A DNA stretch of 64,000 nucleotides from Bacteroidales bacterium UBA6401. GTDB taxonomy: Bacteria > Bacteroidota > Bacteroidia > Bacteroidales > UBA932. Made by a program: the position numbers and the translations under genes. Below the pieces are notes generated by a model. The model did not search any database and was not told where the DNA came from. It saw nothing but the letters and a program-made list of their open reading frames with translations. How positions within the stretch are numbered: the stretch's first letter is position 1; each line of letters starts with the position of its first letter. The stretch is taken from positions 47,192-111,191 of the forward strand of contig DJPX01000042.1 of the NCBI GenBank assembly GCA_002438635.1, given 5' to 3'. This document shows positions 10,942 through 22,173 of the stretch, in pieces.

Positions 10942-13900
10942 TTAAAAATTCACACTAATTCCAGCTGTGTAAATAGATTGCATAGGATATACGCTATTAT
11001 CTATCCCGGACGAAATAGGTGAGCCTCCGATTTCAGTCGTGAAACCATTGTAACCAAAGAGGCAAAGCGGACGCTGAGCGCTTACATAAGCCCTTATGCT
11101 TCGCGCCCACTTCATACCACTGAAAGTATATCCTATCTGGATATTATTTATATTAAATGAAGAACCATCCTCTAGATAGAAATCATTACAAGTCTGTATA
11201 AAACTTGTCCCTGCCGCTTCTGCAGATGGATATGAAGTAGATTTATTCTCTTTAGTCCAGCGATTTTTATAAAAGTCGAGATCATAGTTGGCTTCGGAAA
11301 AAGTTCCGCGCTGCATTCGCTTAAGATTTAAAATCTTATTACCTATTTGAGCGTTGACAAGCATACTAAAATCCCAATTTTTATAGTTCAAGCCCACATT
11401 GAAACCCATAGTTAGCCACGGAAGTGGACTCCCAAGATAAGTAATGTCATCTTTATTAATTGTACCATCACCTGTGACATCGTGGTATTTAAAATAGCCG
11501 GCATCTTTTATAATCTGATTTACCGGGTCCTGAAGAGCCTCCTTTTCCGAGGCATAAACTCCATCTATCTTATATCCCCAAAAGCCACCGATAGGATATC
11601 CTATTGCAGCACGAGTGGCATAATTACCATTTATGGATGTACCCGGAACATAATCATAACTACTTAATTCCAAACCACTTAATTTAGTAACTTCGTTATG
11701 ATTAAAGGTGGCATTCATTCCTAAATTATACGAAAGATCTTCTCCTACACTGTCATTCCAATTCAAACTCATCTCTAGTCCCAAATTCATAACAGACCCG
11801 TTGTTAGAAAGTAGATTGGCAGTACCACCACCAGCCGCAATAGGAGTATAGAACACAACATTATCCGTTATACGGTCGTAAGCATCGATTTCAGCGCGAA
11901 GTCGATTGTCACAAGTAGAGAAATCCACCCCGACATTGGCCTCTGTAACCACTTCCCACTTAAGGTAATTGTTCACTACAGTCTGTGCTCCTACTCCATC
12001 ATACACAGTATCTCCAAAGACAGCAGAAGCTCCCATACCAGATGTGCCAAGTATAGCAGATGAATTGGCAGGCACATTATCATTACCCAGCATACCCCAA
12101 GAAACCCTTAGTTTAAGATAATCAAAGAAATGTTGATCTTGCATAAAATCCATCTCCGTAAGGTTCCAAGCAGAACCGACAGAAGGGAAAATACCCCACT
12201 TTTGCTGATATTTAGAGGAGCCATCTGCGCGTAATGTAAATGTGGCAAGGAATTTTTCATCATAATTATAAGTGCCTCTTGTAAAGAAAGAGACGCCATT
12301 GTAACGGGTTCCGCCATCACTTGAAAGTTGATTACGGGATGAACCATTTATCAAATATAGAGAAGCACTATCATAATAAGGCACAGAATTACGAGTGCCG
12401 CTAAGAGATCTGCTTAGTTGAGTCCTAATAGAATTACCCAACATTACCGAGAACCTGTGCTTATCGACTTGTCCGTTATATGTAAGGACATTATCCAATA
12501 TCTGATTTAGTCCATATCCGAAAGTCTTACTAAGCGAAGAGGTCCCCACGCTTTGACTACCACCAACATTATATTCTGGAGTGTAATTATGACTATCGTA
12601 AAAATAAAAATCCATATTATACGATGTCTTAAAAGTAAGTGCCTGTGGAATAATAGTAAACTCAGCATAAGTAGATAAGACTTCCTTCAACCCTTTCTCT
12701 CCTGAATTATTATAGTATGCCACTGCTACGGGATTACCGTATGCATTTGCAAAGCCGTATAGCTGAGGCGAATCGAACTTCACCGGGTATGCTTCAGTAT
12801 TATCTTCATTATAAACATTATACACAGGAGGATTCAAATAGGCCTGATAGAATGCATTGGCATTATAATTATTCTTTTCATAACGAGAAAGTACTGAATT
12901 CACACCGACTTTAAGCCAAGATGTCATTTTCTGATCAAGCCTCAAACGGATATTGATTCTATCGTAATCATTGGTCGTGTGATTCATAATGCCATCTTGA
13001 TAGAAATAACTTAAACCCACAGAGTAGTTTGTATTGTCAGAAGCACCTGACAGATCTATCGAATGGTTAGTGGTAAATGCTGGTTTTACAAGTTCAGCAT
13101 ACCAGTCGGTATCTCCCGGGAAAGCACTGGCATCTAAAGGAGTCCAGCCTATAGTGTTCTTATTGGCCTCGTTACGAAGTTCTATGTATTGGTTTTTGTT
13201 TGCAAGAGGCATTATATTAATTGGAATTTGCACTCCGGCATATCCATCATAATTGATGTTAAGATGGTCAATAGACCCCCTCTTTGTGGTTACTATAATA
13301 ACGCCATTAGCCGCACGAACACCATAAATGGCAGATGCAGAAGCATCCTTAAGTACAGTAAGGCTCTCTATATCATTAGAAGATAGAAAGTCTATATTAT
13401 CCTGAAACACGCCGTCTACAACATAAAGAGGTGTAGCATAATCACTTATTGAGCCTACTCCACGCACTTTAACCTTAGGGGTAGCACCTGGGGCTCCGCT
13501 GTTGATAATTTGAACACCACTAACCATACCTTGAAGGGCTGCCATAGGAGAAGAGGATATTTGTTTACTTAGCTCGCCACCCTTTATAGTGACAATAGGC
13601 GCAGTGAGATCCTTAGATTTCTGAGTTCCATATCCCACCACCACACTCTCTTCAAGAAGTTGAGAATCAACAGAAAGTTTTACATCTATTATGCTTCTGC
13701 CACCTACCATCTCTTCCCTATCTTTATACCCTTGGAAAGAAAAAACAAGAATGGCATCTGAGGGCACTTCTATAGTATAATGACCATCTAGATCTGTGAC
13801 GGTCCCATTTGTCCCACCTTTAATGAAAACCGCAGCTTGAGGAAGTGGATAACCATCACTGTCAAGCACTGAGCCTTCAACCTTTATGGTCTGTCCCCAC

Positions 13901-13950
13901 ATAGATGTAATGCAGAGAATGAAGGCGAATAATACCACTAAACGTTTCAT
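10942..13950 (-). CDS. susC: SusC/RagA TonB-dependent transporter
   Basis: CarboxypepD_reg-like N-terminus, VVVGYGTQ, PLYVVDG, LKDASASAIYGVRAANGVI plug motif, RADGSSKY, terminal Phe. Confidence 0.95.
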   Translation of the reverse strand: MKRLVVLFAFILCITSMWGQTIKVEGSVLDSDGYPLPQAAVFIKGGTNGTVTDLDGHYTIEVPSDAILVFSFQGYKDREEMVGGRSIIDVKLSVDSQLLEESVVVGYGTQKSKDLTAPIVTIKGGELSKQISSSPMAALQGMVSGVQIINSGAPGATPKVKVRGVGSISDYATPLYVVDGVFQDNIDFLSSNDIESLTVLKDASASAIYGVRAANGVIIVTTKRGSIDHLNINYDGYAGVQIPINIMPLANKNQYIELRNEANKNTIGWTPLDASAFPGDTDWYAELVKPAFTTNHSIDLSGASDNTNYSVGLSYFYQDGIMNHTTNDYDRINIRLRLDQKMTSWLKVGVNSVLSRYEKNNYNANAFYQAYLNPPVYNVYNEDNTEAYPVKFDSPQLYGFANAYGNPVAVAYYNNSGEKGLKEVLSTYAEFTIIPQALTFKTSYNMDFYFYDSHNYTPEYNVGGSQSVGTSSLSKTFGYGLNQILDNVLTYNGQVDKHRFSVMLGNSIRTQLSRSLSGTRNSVPYYDSASLYLINGSSRNQLSSDGGTRYNGVSFFTRGTYNYDEKFLATFTLRADGSSKYQQKWGIFPSVGSAWNLTEMDFMQDQHFFDYLKLRVSWGMLGNDNVPANSSAILGTSGMGASAVFGDTVYDGVGAQTVVNNYLKWEVVTEANVGVDFSTCDNRLRAEIDAYDRITDNVVFYTPIAAGGGTANLLSNNGSVMNLGLEMSLNWNDSVGEDLSYNLGMNATFNHNEVTKLSGLELSSYDYVPGTSINGNYATRAAIGYPIGGFWGYKIDGVYASEKEALQDPVNQIIKDAGYFKYHDVTGDGTINKDDITYLGSPLPWLTMGFNVGLNYKNWDFSMLVNAQIGNKILNLKRMQRGTFSEANYDLDFYKNRWTKENKSTSYPSAEAAGTSFIQTCNDFYLEDGSSFNINNIQIGYTFSGMKWARSIRAYVSAQRPLCLFGYNGFTTEIGGSPISSGIDNSVYPMQSIYTAGISVNF

Positions 13951-13958
13951 AAATAATA

Positions 13959-15551
13959 TTATTTAGATTCGTAATAAAATCCTAATTTTTCAAGCCCACT
14001 CCTGATTTCAGGCGCACTCATAAAAAGTTCCCAAAGAAGACCTGATCGATAATTCTCTATCATAACAGCTATTGGCCCCTGATCTATAGCAAGATAACTT
14101 TTTACAACCTTCTGCCCCTGCGGAAGAGAAAGATTAACTGCATCATAAAAGCCCATAGGGCCGAAAACTTCACTTCCCATATCATAATATAAATGCCTCA
14201 GGCAAGCAAGCGATTCTTCTGGTGTATATACTATGGACGAAATAGGAGCTGTAGGTGAAACTGTTCCATTTTCCGCATCTGTCATCGGATGATGGCTTGT
14301 ATATCCCACTAGCATATCGTCAGATGAGGTAAATCCCCAAAAGTCTGCTCCTAAGCCCTTATGCCCCATAGGATTTTCAAGCGCATAATTATAATGAATC
14401 AAAGCGTGAGTACGATTCTGTTCAAAATAATTCACTTTTCCATCCGTCAAGCCACGCGGGTCAAGACCCAACCACGAATAATGAGTGAAAAACAAAGGGC
14501 CACCATAATTCATCCCTAATGGAAGCACTAATCCATAATATGATTTCCCATTGTAATAGTAGTCGGAATTTTTATAACAATTCTCATACACCTCACGTGA
14601 AATGCCAAAACGCTGTGAAGATGCGGCAAGTACGTATGTTATAAAGGTCTCATCATACCCTTTGATACGATGATTCATCTTCCATCCGTAGTTTTTAGAC
14701 CAATGCCAATACAGATTCTTTCCATCCTCACCTGTATACCAGTTCCACTCGACGCCACGAACCAGCCTATCGGCCCTTACGCACAAATCCGGTCTCTTGA
14801 ATTTAAGATATTGCTTTAGCGTAATAAGTCCTTCCACAAGAAACGCCGTTTCAACTAAATCACCTCCATCGTCATATTTACTGAAAGAGTGAACCTTACG
14901 AGTTTGTGGATCATACCAATGCGCCCATGCGCCATGGAACCTTTCTACATTCTCAAGAAAGTTCAATATCTTTTCGAAATCACCATACCCTTGCTCTGTG
15001 CTCAAGTATCCTCGTTCTATACCTGCGATAAGCGCCATAATGCCAAAGCCCGTACCACCTGTAGTTACTGGAGCACCATTTGTAGAGTTGCTTCTTTCCT
15101 TTGCCATACCTGTAAGATGATCCGCAAACTCGTGAAAATAGCGTGTAGTATACTTTTGTGTCATATCCAGCAATGCCTCATCTGTAGCTGCGGGGATAGT
15201 AATAGTAACAGACATGGAAGACAAATCGTCTCGTGAAAGAGATTTTGGATTTATACCCTTAGGAATAACATAATAAGTAGCAGATGTGGGCACTTTAGAA
15301 GGCTTCACACTCCAATCCAAATAAGGAGAGGAATTAATCGAGTTCAGCAACTTTAAATTTCGTCCGGACTTCAAATACAAATCATAACTTTCGCCCTGAG
15401 ACGAATCCCATGAAAACTCCACGTGAGCAGGGTAAGCGGACACCTCTAACCCGTGCACTTGTTTATAGACTTTAAAACTTTCAACCTCATTTCTGCAAGA
15501 ACAAACAGAAACGAGCAATACAGAAAAAATTAAAAATTTAATTGTTTTCAT
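13959..15551 (-). CDS. GH144 beta-1,2-glucanase with N-terminal FnIII-like domain, lipoprotein
   Basis: TTGGTGFG, RFHGAWAHW, DDGGDLVETAF, GYDE, GGPLFFTHYSWLG, YLAIDQGPI; lipobox VCSC. Confidence 0.88.
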   Translation of the reverse strand: MKTIKFLIFSVLLVSVCSCRNEVESFKVYKQVHGLEVSAYPAHVEFSWDSSQGESYDLYLKSGRNLKLLNSINSSPYLDWSVKPSKVPTSATYYVIPKGINPKSLSRDDLSSMSVTITIPAATDEALLDMTQKYTTRYFHEFADHLTGMAKERSNSTNGAPVTTGGTGFGIMALIAGIERGYLSTEQGYGDFEKILNFLENVERFHGAWAHWYDPQTRKVHSFSKYDDGGDLVETAFLVEGLITLKQYLKFKRPDLCVRADRLVRGVEWNWYTGEDGKNLYWHWSKNYGWKMNHRIKGYDETFITYVLAASSQRFGISREVYENCYKNSDYYYNGKSYYGLVLPLGMNYGGPLFFTHYSWLGLDPRGLTDGKVNYFEQNRTHALIHYNYALENPMGHKGLGADFWGFTSSDDMLVGYTSHHPMTDAENGTVSPTAPISSIVYTPEESLACLRHLYYDMGSEVFGPMGFYDAVNLSLPQGQKVVKSYLAIDQGPIAVMIENYRSGLLWELFMSAPEIRSGLEKLGFYYESK

Positions 15552-15617
15552 CGCTTTATTTGGAAATCTAATGCCTTTGATTTATTTATTGCTTATCTGT
15601 TTCAGCGTTTTTTGAAG

Positions 15618-15647
15618 CAAATATATGAACAATATAAAAAAAGCAAA
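15618..15647 (-). promoter_or_regulatory. Bacteroidota sigma-A promoter of the PUL
   Basis: Minus-strand TATATTTG (15618-15625) and TTTG (15644-15647), 18-nt spacer. Confidence 0.6.
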
Positions 15648-15733
15648 TAGACTAAGCCCCCATAAATATTCCACTTCAAAAAACAGGGGTTATATCTATC
15701 CCCTATTTTTCCACTACCATTAAAAAATTTAAT

Positions 15734-15741
15734 TATATTTG
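15734..15741 (+). promoter_or_regulatory. -7 promoter box of the PUL regulator
   Basis: TATATTTG 18 nt upstream of ATG 15760. Confidence 0.55.
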
Positions 15742-15759
15742 TTAGAAAATTACAGAACC

Positions 15760-18537
15760 ATGCGTCGTAAAACAGCCATAACAGTATTATGCCTTTTCGG
15801 CATTACAGTATATTCTACAGCACAAGAATCCACTCCGATAGTGCGTATCTGGGATAAAAATGACCACCACCAATCTAACCAAATATGGTCTGCAAGTTGC
15901 GCTGAAGATGGTAGGACCTACTTTGGAAATGCAACAGGGCTTATATGTTTTGATTCTAAACAATGGAGTATAACTCCCATAAAAGGCTCGTGTATAATTC
16001 GCTCAACTTTTTGCGATGGTGATAGAATCTACGCCGGATCATTTGAAGAATTCGGGTATTTCTCCGAAAACGATGAAGGTATCATAGAATACACTTCATT
16101 ATCCGATTCTCTAGCCGGATATTCTATGAAAAACGATGAAATATGGAATATTTTTCGTTATGGTGATAACATCATTTTTCACTCTTTTGTCACTTTTTTC
16201 GCATACAATACAACTAACAAAACAGTTACTCCTATTGACACTAAGGTATTTAGTGAATACATCGGTTTGGATTCGGAGAATAGGTTATATAGCAGCGCTG
16301 ACGGCTTTTCTATAATAAACCTTGAAGATGGTTCTGCAACAAAGCTTCCGCATCCATGGAAAGGAAAAATGGTATCAGTCTTACCTCGTGGTAAAGGAAG
16401 AGACTTGGTTGTAACACAGAATGAAGGCATCTACCTTCTTAATGGCACATCTTTAAGTAAATGGATAACTAACTGCGAGGAAAATCTTCTCAATGGTGAA
16501 ATAAATAAAGCCATTATAAGTTCAAAGGGAGACATCATACTAGGCAGTACACTTTATGGATGCAGTGCAATAGACTCCACAGGACACAAACTATGGACCA
16601 TTGATGCATCAAATGTGCTTGATGGGAATACCATCCTAAATATATGCGAGAACAAGGAGGGCGATTTATTCCTAGCTATGGGCTCTGGAATAGCACTTGT
16701 CGATGTACATAGCGGTATACGCTACATACGGGAGTTGAGGCCTAATGTAGGCGCTGTGTACTGCACCTATTACCAAGCTCCGTTTTTATATATTGGCACA
16801 AATCAAGGACTATACACAAGTATATTGGATGGCAAGTCCCTTTCGATAAATAGTATACACAAAGATAAAAGAGTCAAAGGACCTGTACTGTACTTAAAAC
16901 GCTATGACGATCAACTTTTCTGTGGAACCAATGCAGATACATATACCATTGATGGACTTAAAACTAACAAAATCTCTAAGGACAACGCAGGCGGTAGTTG
17001 CCTTGCAAAAGGCATTATCAATGGGAAGGAGGTACTTATAGAAGGCACTTATACCAAGCTTTGCCTTTATATTAAACATAATGGTAAATGGCAGTATTCT
17101 CATCATCTGGAAGGCTTTCTAGAGCCAATCAGCACCATAGACATTGACTTTTCGGGATTTATATGGGCCAGCCACCAGAACAGAGGTCTTTACCGTCTAA
17201 AAGTGTCACCTGATTTAAAATCAATTAGTGACATTAGATACTACCCTTCGTTTGACGGGCAGTCTGGCAAAGTCGGAATCAAAAGGATAAATGGCAGAAC
17301 CATATTTTTCAATGATTCTTCTATCTATACCTATGACGATGTTACCGACTCCATAGTTATTTACAAAGGACTAAACTCTTCAATTGGGGAAATTAAGAAC
17401 ATAATGGATATCAGTGAAGATAATAGCGGTGGTTATTGGATTGTCAATCCAGATAATGCATATCACTTTGATTATAATTACAATATTATTGAAAAAATCC
17501 CCTACAGCATATTCAACGCCACATCTGTAGATATGCTGAAACAAGTAAGCCAAGGGCCACAGGGATGGTCTATAATGAGCCTAAACAATGCATTGGCCTT
17601 CATACCGAAGAGGACAAATATAGTGGATAATGGTTGGAAACCCGATCTCAAATTAGAATCCATCAAAATATCTCATATAGATGGTTCTATGGCAGCAAAC
17701 ATTAGTCTAAGAAAGAATCTTGCGTGGGGATGGGATAATAGGCTTGTAACATTTCGCTATACCTACCCTACTTTCAAGGAGATTGGCAATAATCATTTTG
17801 AATATATGCTTCAAGGAAGAGATGAAATATGGCAAAAAATACCTGGTGAAGAAGTTGATTTAAACCATCTTAACGAAGGACACCACACTGTAAAAGTGAG
17901 AGTTGTGGATAATACCGGCGACATTCTAGATGAAACTCAAACCAGCTTTTATATCAGACCACCTTTTTGGAGAAGTGTATGGGCATACCTCTTTTATTCC
18001 GCTATGGGAATTTTAAGTATCCTATTTGTGTATTATTACATAAAAAGAAGAGTCGAGGGACAGAAAAAGGAGTTGGAAAATAAAAGGTTAGAAGCCGAAT
18101 TAAATGCGAAAAGTCGTGAAATAGCGTCCACGACTATGAGTCTTTTGAATAAGAATAAAATATTGCTTGACCTTAAAGATGAATTAAGCGTTCAAAAAAA
18201 TGCCATCGGGAATGCCTATCCTGACAAATATTACAAGAAGATGATTTCCGCCATCGATTCTCAAATTTCAAGCGAACAGGATTGGAAGTTATTTCAGCAG
18301 AATTTTGATCGCATCCATGGCAACTTCTTTCATATCCTAAAAACAAGATACCCTAAGCTAACAAGTTCAGACCTAAGATTCTGCTCCTATCTATGTATGA
18401 ATCTTTCATCCAAAGAGATAGCGTCCATGATGAATATATCACTTAAAGGAGTGGAAGCAGCACGATATAGAATTCGTAAAAAACTATCTCTTCCATCTAA
18501 TGTATCCTTATCGTCATTTCTTATGGACCTTGAATGA
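15760..18537 (+). CDS. Membrane-spanning PUL regulator: beta-propeller/Y_Y_Y sensor, TM helix, LuxR-type HTH
   Basis: Signal peptide, propeller repeats, [32 protein letters not shown] before the TM, C-terminal [43 protein letters not shown]. No kinase or receiver domain seen. Confidence 0.85.
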   Translation: MRRKTAITVLCLFGITVYSTAQESTPIVRIWDKNDHHQSNQIWSASCAEDGRTYFGNATGLICFDSKQWSITPIKGSCIIRSTFCDGDRIYAGSFEEFGYFSENDEGIIEYTSLSDSLAGYSMKNDEIWNIFRYGDNIIFHSFVTFFAYNTTNKTVTPIDTKVFSEYIGLDSENRLYSSADGFSIINLEDGSATKLPHPWKGKMVSVLPRGKGRDLVVTQNEGIYLLNGTSLSKWITNCEENLLNGEINKAIISSKGDIILGSTLYGCSAIDSTGHKLWTIDASNVLDGNTILNICENKEGDLFLAMGSGIALVDVHSGIRYIRELRPNVGAVYCTYYQAPFLYIGTNQGLYTSILDGKSLSINSIHKDKRVKGPVLYLKRYDDQLFCGTNADTYTIDGLKTNKISKDNAGGSCLAKGIINGKEVLIEGTYTKLCLYIKHNGKWQYSHHLEGFLEPISTIDIDFSGFIWASHQNRGLYRLKVSPDLKSISDIRYYPSFDGQSGKVGIKRINGRTIFFNDSSIYTYDDVTDSIVIYKGLNSSIGEIKNIMDISEDNSGGYWIVNPDNAYHFDYNYNIIEKIPYSIFNATSVDMLKQVSQGPQGWSIMSLNNALAFIPKRTNIVDNGWKPDLKLESIKISHIDGSMAANISLRKNLAWGWDNRLVTFRYTYPTFKEIGNNHFEYMLQGRDEIWQKIPGEEVDLNHLNEGHHTVKVRVVDNTGDILDETQTSFYIRPPFWRSVWAYLFYSAMGILSILFVYYYIKRRVEGQKKELENKRLEAELNAKSREIASTTMSLLNKNKILLDLKDELSVQKNAIGNAYPDKYYKKMISAIDSQISSEQDWKLFQQNFDRIHGNFFHILKTRYPKLTSSDLRFCSYLCMNLSSKEIASMMNISLKGVEAARYRIRKKLSLPSNVSLSSFLMDLE

Positions 18538-19542
18538 TGACTTGTCATTTTCTAGGAGCCACTGCGCTATTTGTACCGCATTAAGTGCGGCGCCTTTTCT
18601 GATTTGATCCGACACAACCCAAAAGGTAAGTCCATTCTCATCAGCAAGATCCTTACGAATCCTTCCTACATAAACATCATCCTTGCCTTGAAGGAATAGA
18701 GGCATAGGATACTCCTTCTTAGAAGGATCATCCATAAGCACTAGTCCTTCCGCGTTAGAAAAAGCATCTCTTGCCTGGAGCACGCTTATAGGCTTTTCCG
18801 TTTCTACCCATATACTTTCAGAATGGCATCTAAGAGCAGGAACTCGTACACATGTAGCGCTAGTAAGTACGTCACTATGCATAATTTTTCTCGTCTCATC
18901 GAACATTTTCAACTCTTCCTTGGTATAACCATTATCTGTAAATACATCGATATGTGGAATGAGGTTAAAGGCCAATGGATATGCAAATTTTTCTGCTTTC
19001 ATCTCCTCGCCATTCAGACTTTGGCGACACTGGTCAACAAGTTCTACCATAGCTTGTGCCCCGGCGCCACTTGCTGCCTGATATGTGGCCACGTGTACCC
19101 TTTTGATATGAGAAAGCCTTTCAATGGCATTAAGAGCCACAACCATTATAATAGTAGAACAATTAGGATTAGCAATTATCCTTTTAGGACGAACCAGCGC
19201 ATCGCGTGGATTCACTTCTGGAACTACAAGCGGTACATCCTTATCCATTCTAAAAGCACTGGAATTGTCAATCATAATGGCGCCGAAACGAGTAATATCT
19301 TCGGCAAATTCCTTTGACACACTTCCACCGGCGGACACAAAAGCTATATCCACATTTTTAAAATCGTCATTATGTTGAAGCTTTTTTATCTCGTATTCTT
19401 TCCCATCAAAAACAATCTTCTTCCCTGCACTTCTTTCCGAGCCGAACAGAGATAGCTTATCTATCGGGAACTTTCTTTCTTCTAGCACACGCAGAAATTC
19501 CTGTCCTACTGCCCCGCTGGCACCAACTATTGCTACATTCAT
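18514..19542 (-). CDS. asd: Aspartate-semialdehyde dehydrogenase
   Basis: [51 protein letters not shown]. Confidence 0.97.
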   Translation of the reverse strand: MNVAIVGASGAVGQEFLRVLEERKFPIDKLSLFGSERSAGKKIVFDGKEYEIKKLQHNDDFKNVDIAFVSAGGSVSKEFAEDITRFGAIMIDNSSAFRMDKDVPLVVPEVNPRDALVRPKRIIANPNCSTIIMVVALNAIERLSHIKRVHVATYQAASGAGAQAMVELVDQCRQSLNGEEMKAEKFAYPLAFNLIPHIDVFTDNGYTKEELKMFDETRKIMHSDVLTSATCVRVPALRCHSESIWVETEKPISVLQARDAFSNAEGLVLMDDPSKKEYPMPLFLQGKDDVYVGRIRKDLADENGLTFWVVSDQIRKGAALNAVQIAQWLLENDKSSFKVHKK

Positions 19543-19600
19543 AACCTTTTTCTATTTAAAACCAAAGCTCGCTCTACATTTTCGCAAGAACGGAACACCG

Positions 19601-19608
19601 CAAAATTA
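19601..19608 (-). promoter_or_regulatory. -7 promoter box of asd
   Basis: Minus-strand TAATTTTG. Confidence 0.5.
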
Positions 19609-19652
19609 TAAAAGATTAATCTAATATTAAAAGTAATGCGGAGATAAAATAC

Positions 19653-19660
19653 TATATTTG
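19653..19660 (+). promoter_or_regulatory. -7 promoter box of the GT4 gene
   Basis: TATATTTG about 150 nt upstream of ATG 19812. Confidence 0.5.
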
Positions 19661-19811
19661 CCAACGCAACTGTACAACAGCTCTGGATGGTATGCTTCAT
19701 GACAGCCTTTTAAACTCGCAGGCTGAATGTTGCAACTATTTATAAACCAAGAAACACAAAAATGATACAAGTTATTTTTTTGAGGGTTTCTAAAAACGCT
19801 AAACAAAAGAT

Positions 19812-20987
19812 ATGGAAAAGAAAACATTGAATATTGGATTATTCAACGAATGCTTCCCTCCTGTTATGGATGGAGTTTCTGTCTGCGTGTACAATTACGC
19901 TTACTGGATGCAAAAAAAAGTCGGTGGAGTGGCCGTAATAACGCCTAATGTTCCTGGCGCTGACTATTCCAAGTATGACTTCGAAGTCATAGACTATTTT
20001 TCAGTTCCGGTACCTTTTAGGCATCCCTATGTTACCGGCATTGCAGAGGTTGACCCCACCTTCCTAGCTAAATTGGCACAGAGAGAATTCAAAATTGTTC
20101 ACGCACATAGCCCCTTTACGTCTGGGCGAGCAGCACAAAGAATAGCGAAAAAAATGGGCATTCCTTGCGTGGCGACATTCCACTCGAAATATCGCGACGA
20201 CTTTGCACGGGTTCTTCCTGATAAAATGGTTGACATAGTTATAAAAAATGTAATTTCTTTTTACGAGAAAGCAGACCAAGTCTGGGTGCCACAGGAATCC
20301 GTGAAAGAAGTCATCCGCGAGTATGGATATAAAGGACATGTAGAAGTAGTAGATAATGGTAGCGATTTATGCGCGGACTACCCCGAGAAGTATTTTGTAG
20401 ATTCAAGACAAAAATTGGGCATAAAACCCGATGAATTCGTCTTCCTTTTCGTAGGGCAGCATATATGGGAAAAGAATGTACGCTTCATAATAGATGCATT
20501 GGCAGGCATTGAGGATCTGAAATTCAGGATGTTTTTTGTCGGAACCGGTTATGCCGCAGAGGCTATGAAAGAATTGGTTAGCGAAAAAGGACTGGATAGC
20601 AAAGTCACATTCGTAGGTAATATTACAGATAGAGAGAAAATCAAAATCTACTATGCGGCGGCAGATTTGTTCCTTTTCCCTTCGCTTTATGACAATGCTC
20701 CACTCGTAGTAAGGGAGGCTGCTGCGCTTCACACTCCTGCCGTTATGGTAAAAGGCGCAACTGCCGCCACTATACTCAAAGATGGAGAAAACGGTTTTCT
20801 AATTGATAATAACCTCACATCTTTTGAAGACAAACTTCGAGAATTGATAGCAGACCCAGCCAGGGTGCATAGAGTGGGAGTACAGGCCTCGAAAACTATA
20901 GTTCGGAGTTGGGAAGATGTAGTAGGCGAAGTGTTAGATAGATACAATGCTCTAATCTCGCATCGAACTCTAATAAATAAGATCTAA
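19812..20987 (+). CDS. GT4 glycosyltransferase (diacylglycerol glucosyltransferase-like)
   Basis: FPPVMDGVS, VHAHSPF, ATFHSKY, FLFVGQHIWEKN, ADLFLFPSLYDNAPLVVREAAA. Confidence 0.85.
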   Translation: MEKKTLNIGLFNECFPPVMDGVSVCVYNYAYWMQKKVGGVAVITPNVPGADYSKYDFEVIDYFSVPVPFRHPYVTGIAEVDPTFLAKLAQREFKIVHAHSPFTSGRAAQRIAKKMGIPCVATFHSKYRDDFARVLPDKMVDIVIKNVISFYEKADQVWVPQESVKEVIREYGYKGHVEVVDNGSDLCADYPEKYFVDSRQKLGIKPDEFVFLFVGQHIWEKNVRFIIDALAGIEDLKFRMFFVGTGYAAEAMKELVSEKGLDSKVTFVGNITDREKIKIYYAAADLFLFPSLYDNAPLVVREAAALHTPAVMVKGATAATILKDGENGFLIDNNLTSFEDKLRELIADPARVHRVGVQASKTIVRSWEDVVGEVLDRYNALISHRTLINKI

Positions 20988-20991
20988 CGAC

Positions 20992-22173
20992 CTACCTAGT
21001 AAAAGACATATCAATTCGCAGACCTGCTCCTAAAGAAAAATTAGCAGGTCTGAATTTGTATATGGTATTAAGACTCGATCCATCATTAAAATAATAGCCT
21101 AAACCACCTTGTGCAAAAGCCCACACCCCATTGTAAAGACAATACTCTACGCCCAGATTAAGGCTTGTCGAGAATTGGAAAGGTCTCTCATTAAGATTAT
21201 CAACTTCTTTAAGCCTATTTTCATCCCCAATAATGTAGTCATTAGTGCGCGTAGCCTTATAGCATTTATCAAAAGACACTCCCAATGAGCAATACAAATT
21301 GAGTGAGTTGAAAGTGAAAAAATCGTACTTAATATCAAGTGGTACACCTATATATCGGATATTTTGTTCTCCACTTCGATAGTGATGTTGTGTTCCTTCT
21401 CTGTACTCTGAGCGCAAAAAAACATTAGAAATGCCTGCCGATAAACTTATCCTATCAGTAAATTCATAGGAAAATACCAATCCTATCTTCATCGGGATAT
21501 CATGCTTCATTTCCGTTTTTTGAGCAGTGCCGTAATTGAAAACGGCCACTCCTAATGCCGGATCATCCATCCAATTTGCATTTTCCATACCTAGACCCTT
21601 TGAAAATCCGGATCGACTTATCGAATTGCGCGAATACCCCCCTGCCACAGATGAATAAACTTTAAAGGCGTATCGGCTATCAATTATTCTCTGCTTTTTA
21701 GGCTTCTCATGGTAATCTACTTCCCGCCTGACTTCCTTGGCATCGTCAATTTCCTGCGTCTCTTCATCTTTTACCGGCTTTCCTTTTGAGTCATCATCTA
21801 GCCTGGTGTTCTCGACTGCGCTAAGGCTATTTTCTTTGCCAATTTCGCTAGTGCTGACCCTCTTTTGGGGGCCATTCAGTCGCGAAGGTGCAACTAACTC
21901 CTGCTGCAATTTTTTCTCGTCTTTAATAATAACTCTTGCGGTAAAATCTTTAGCATCAGCAAAATGCGTGGGTTCCACGGATTCATTTTGTCCAATAAGT
22001 ACGATAAGCACTATACTGGCCAATGCAAACGCTCCTGCAAGTGGCCATAGTATATGATTATGCGCTCTGCGATGAGGAAGATTAGAAATTACCCCATACC
22101 ATAAATCCTTTGGAGGGGCAATTTCATAATTAGACATTTTTTCCCTAATATCATCCGACCATTTGTCTTTCAT
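20992..22173 (-). CDS. Anti-sigma factor with TM helix, charged linker and C-terminal outer-membrane beta-barrel (Reo/Dma-like)
   Basis: N-terminus KDKWSDDIREKMSNYEIAPPKDLW, TM ILWPLAGAFALASIVLIVLI, barrel strands YIGVPLDIKYDF ... FSLGAGLRI; overlaps ECF gene. Start moved to ATG 22173. Confidence 0.75.
   Translation of the reverse strand: MKDKWSDDIREKMSNYEIAPPKDLWYGVISNLPHRRAHNHILWPLAGAFALASIVLIVLIGQNESVEPTHFADAKDFTARVIIKDEKKLQQELVAPSRLNGPQKRVSTSEIGKENSLSAVENTRLDDDSKGKPVKDEETQEIDDAKEVRREVDYHEKPKKQRIIDSRYAFKVYSSVAGGYSRNSISRSGFSKGLGMENANWMDDPALGVAVFNYGTAQKTEMKHDIPMKIGLVFSYEFTDRISLSAGISNVFLRSEYREGTQHHYRSGEQNIRYIGVPLDIKYDFFTFNSLNLYCSLGVSFDKCYKATRTNDYIIGDENRLKEVDNLNERPFQFSTSLNLGVEYCLYNGVWAFAQGGLGYYFNDGSSLNTIYKFRPANFSLGAGLRIDMSFTR

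Noticed and set aside
19681..19735. Fluoride riboswitch resemblance (GATGG...AAAC.CGC...GCTGA.TG)
   Set aside because: P1 and pseudoknot pairings are not satisfied and the downstream gene is not fluoride-related.
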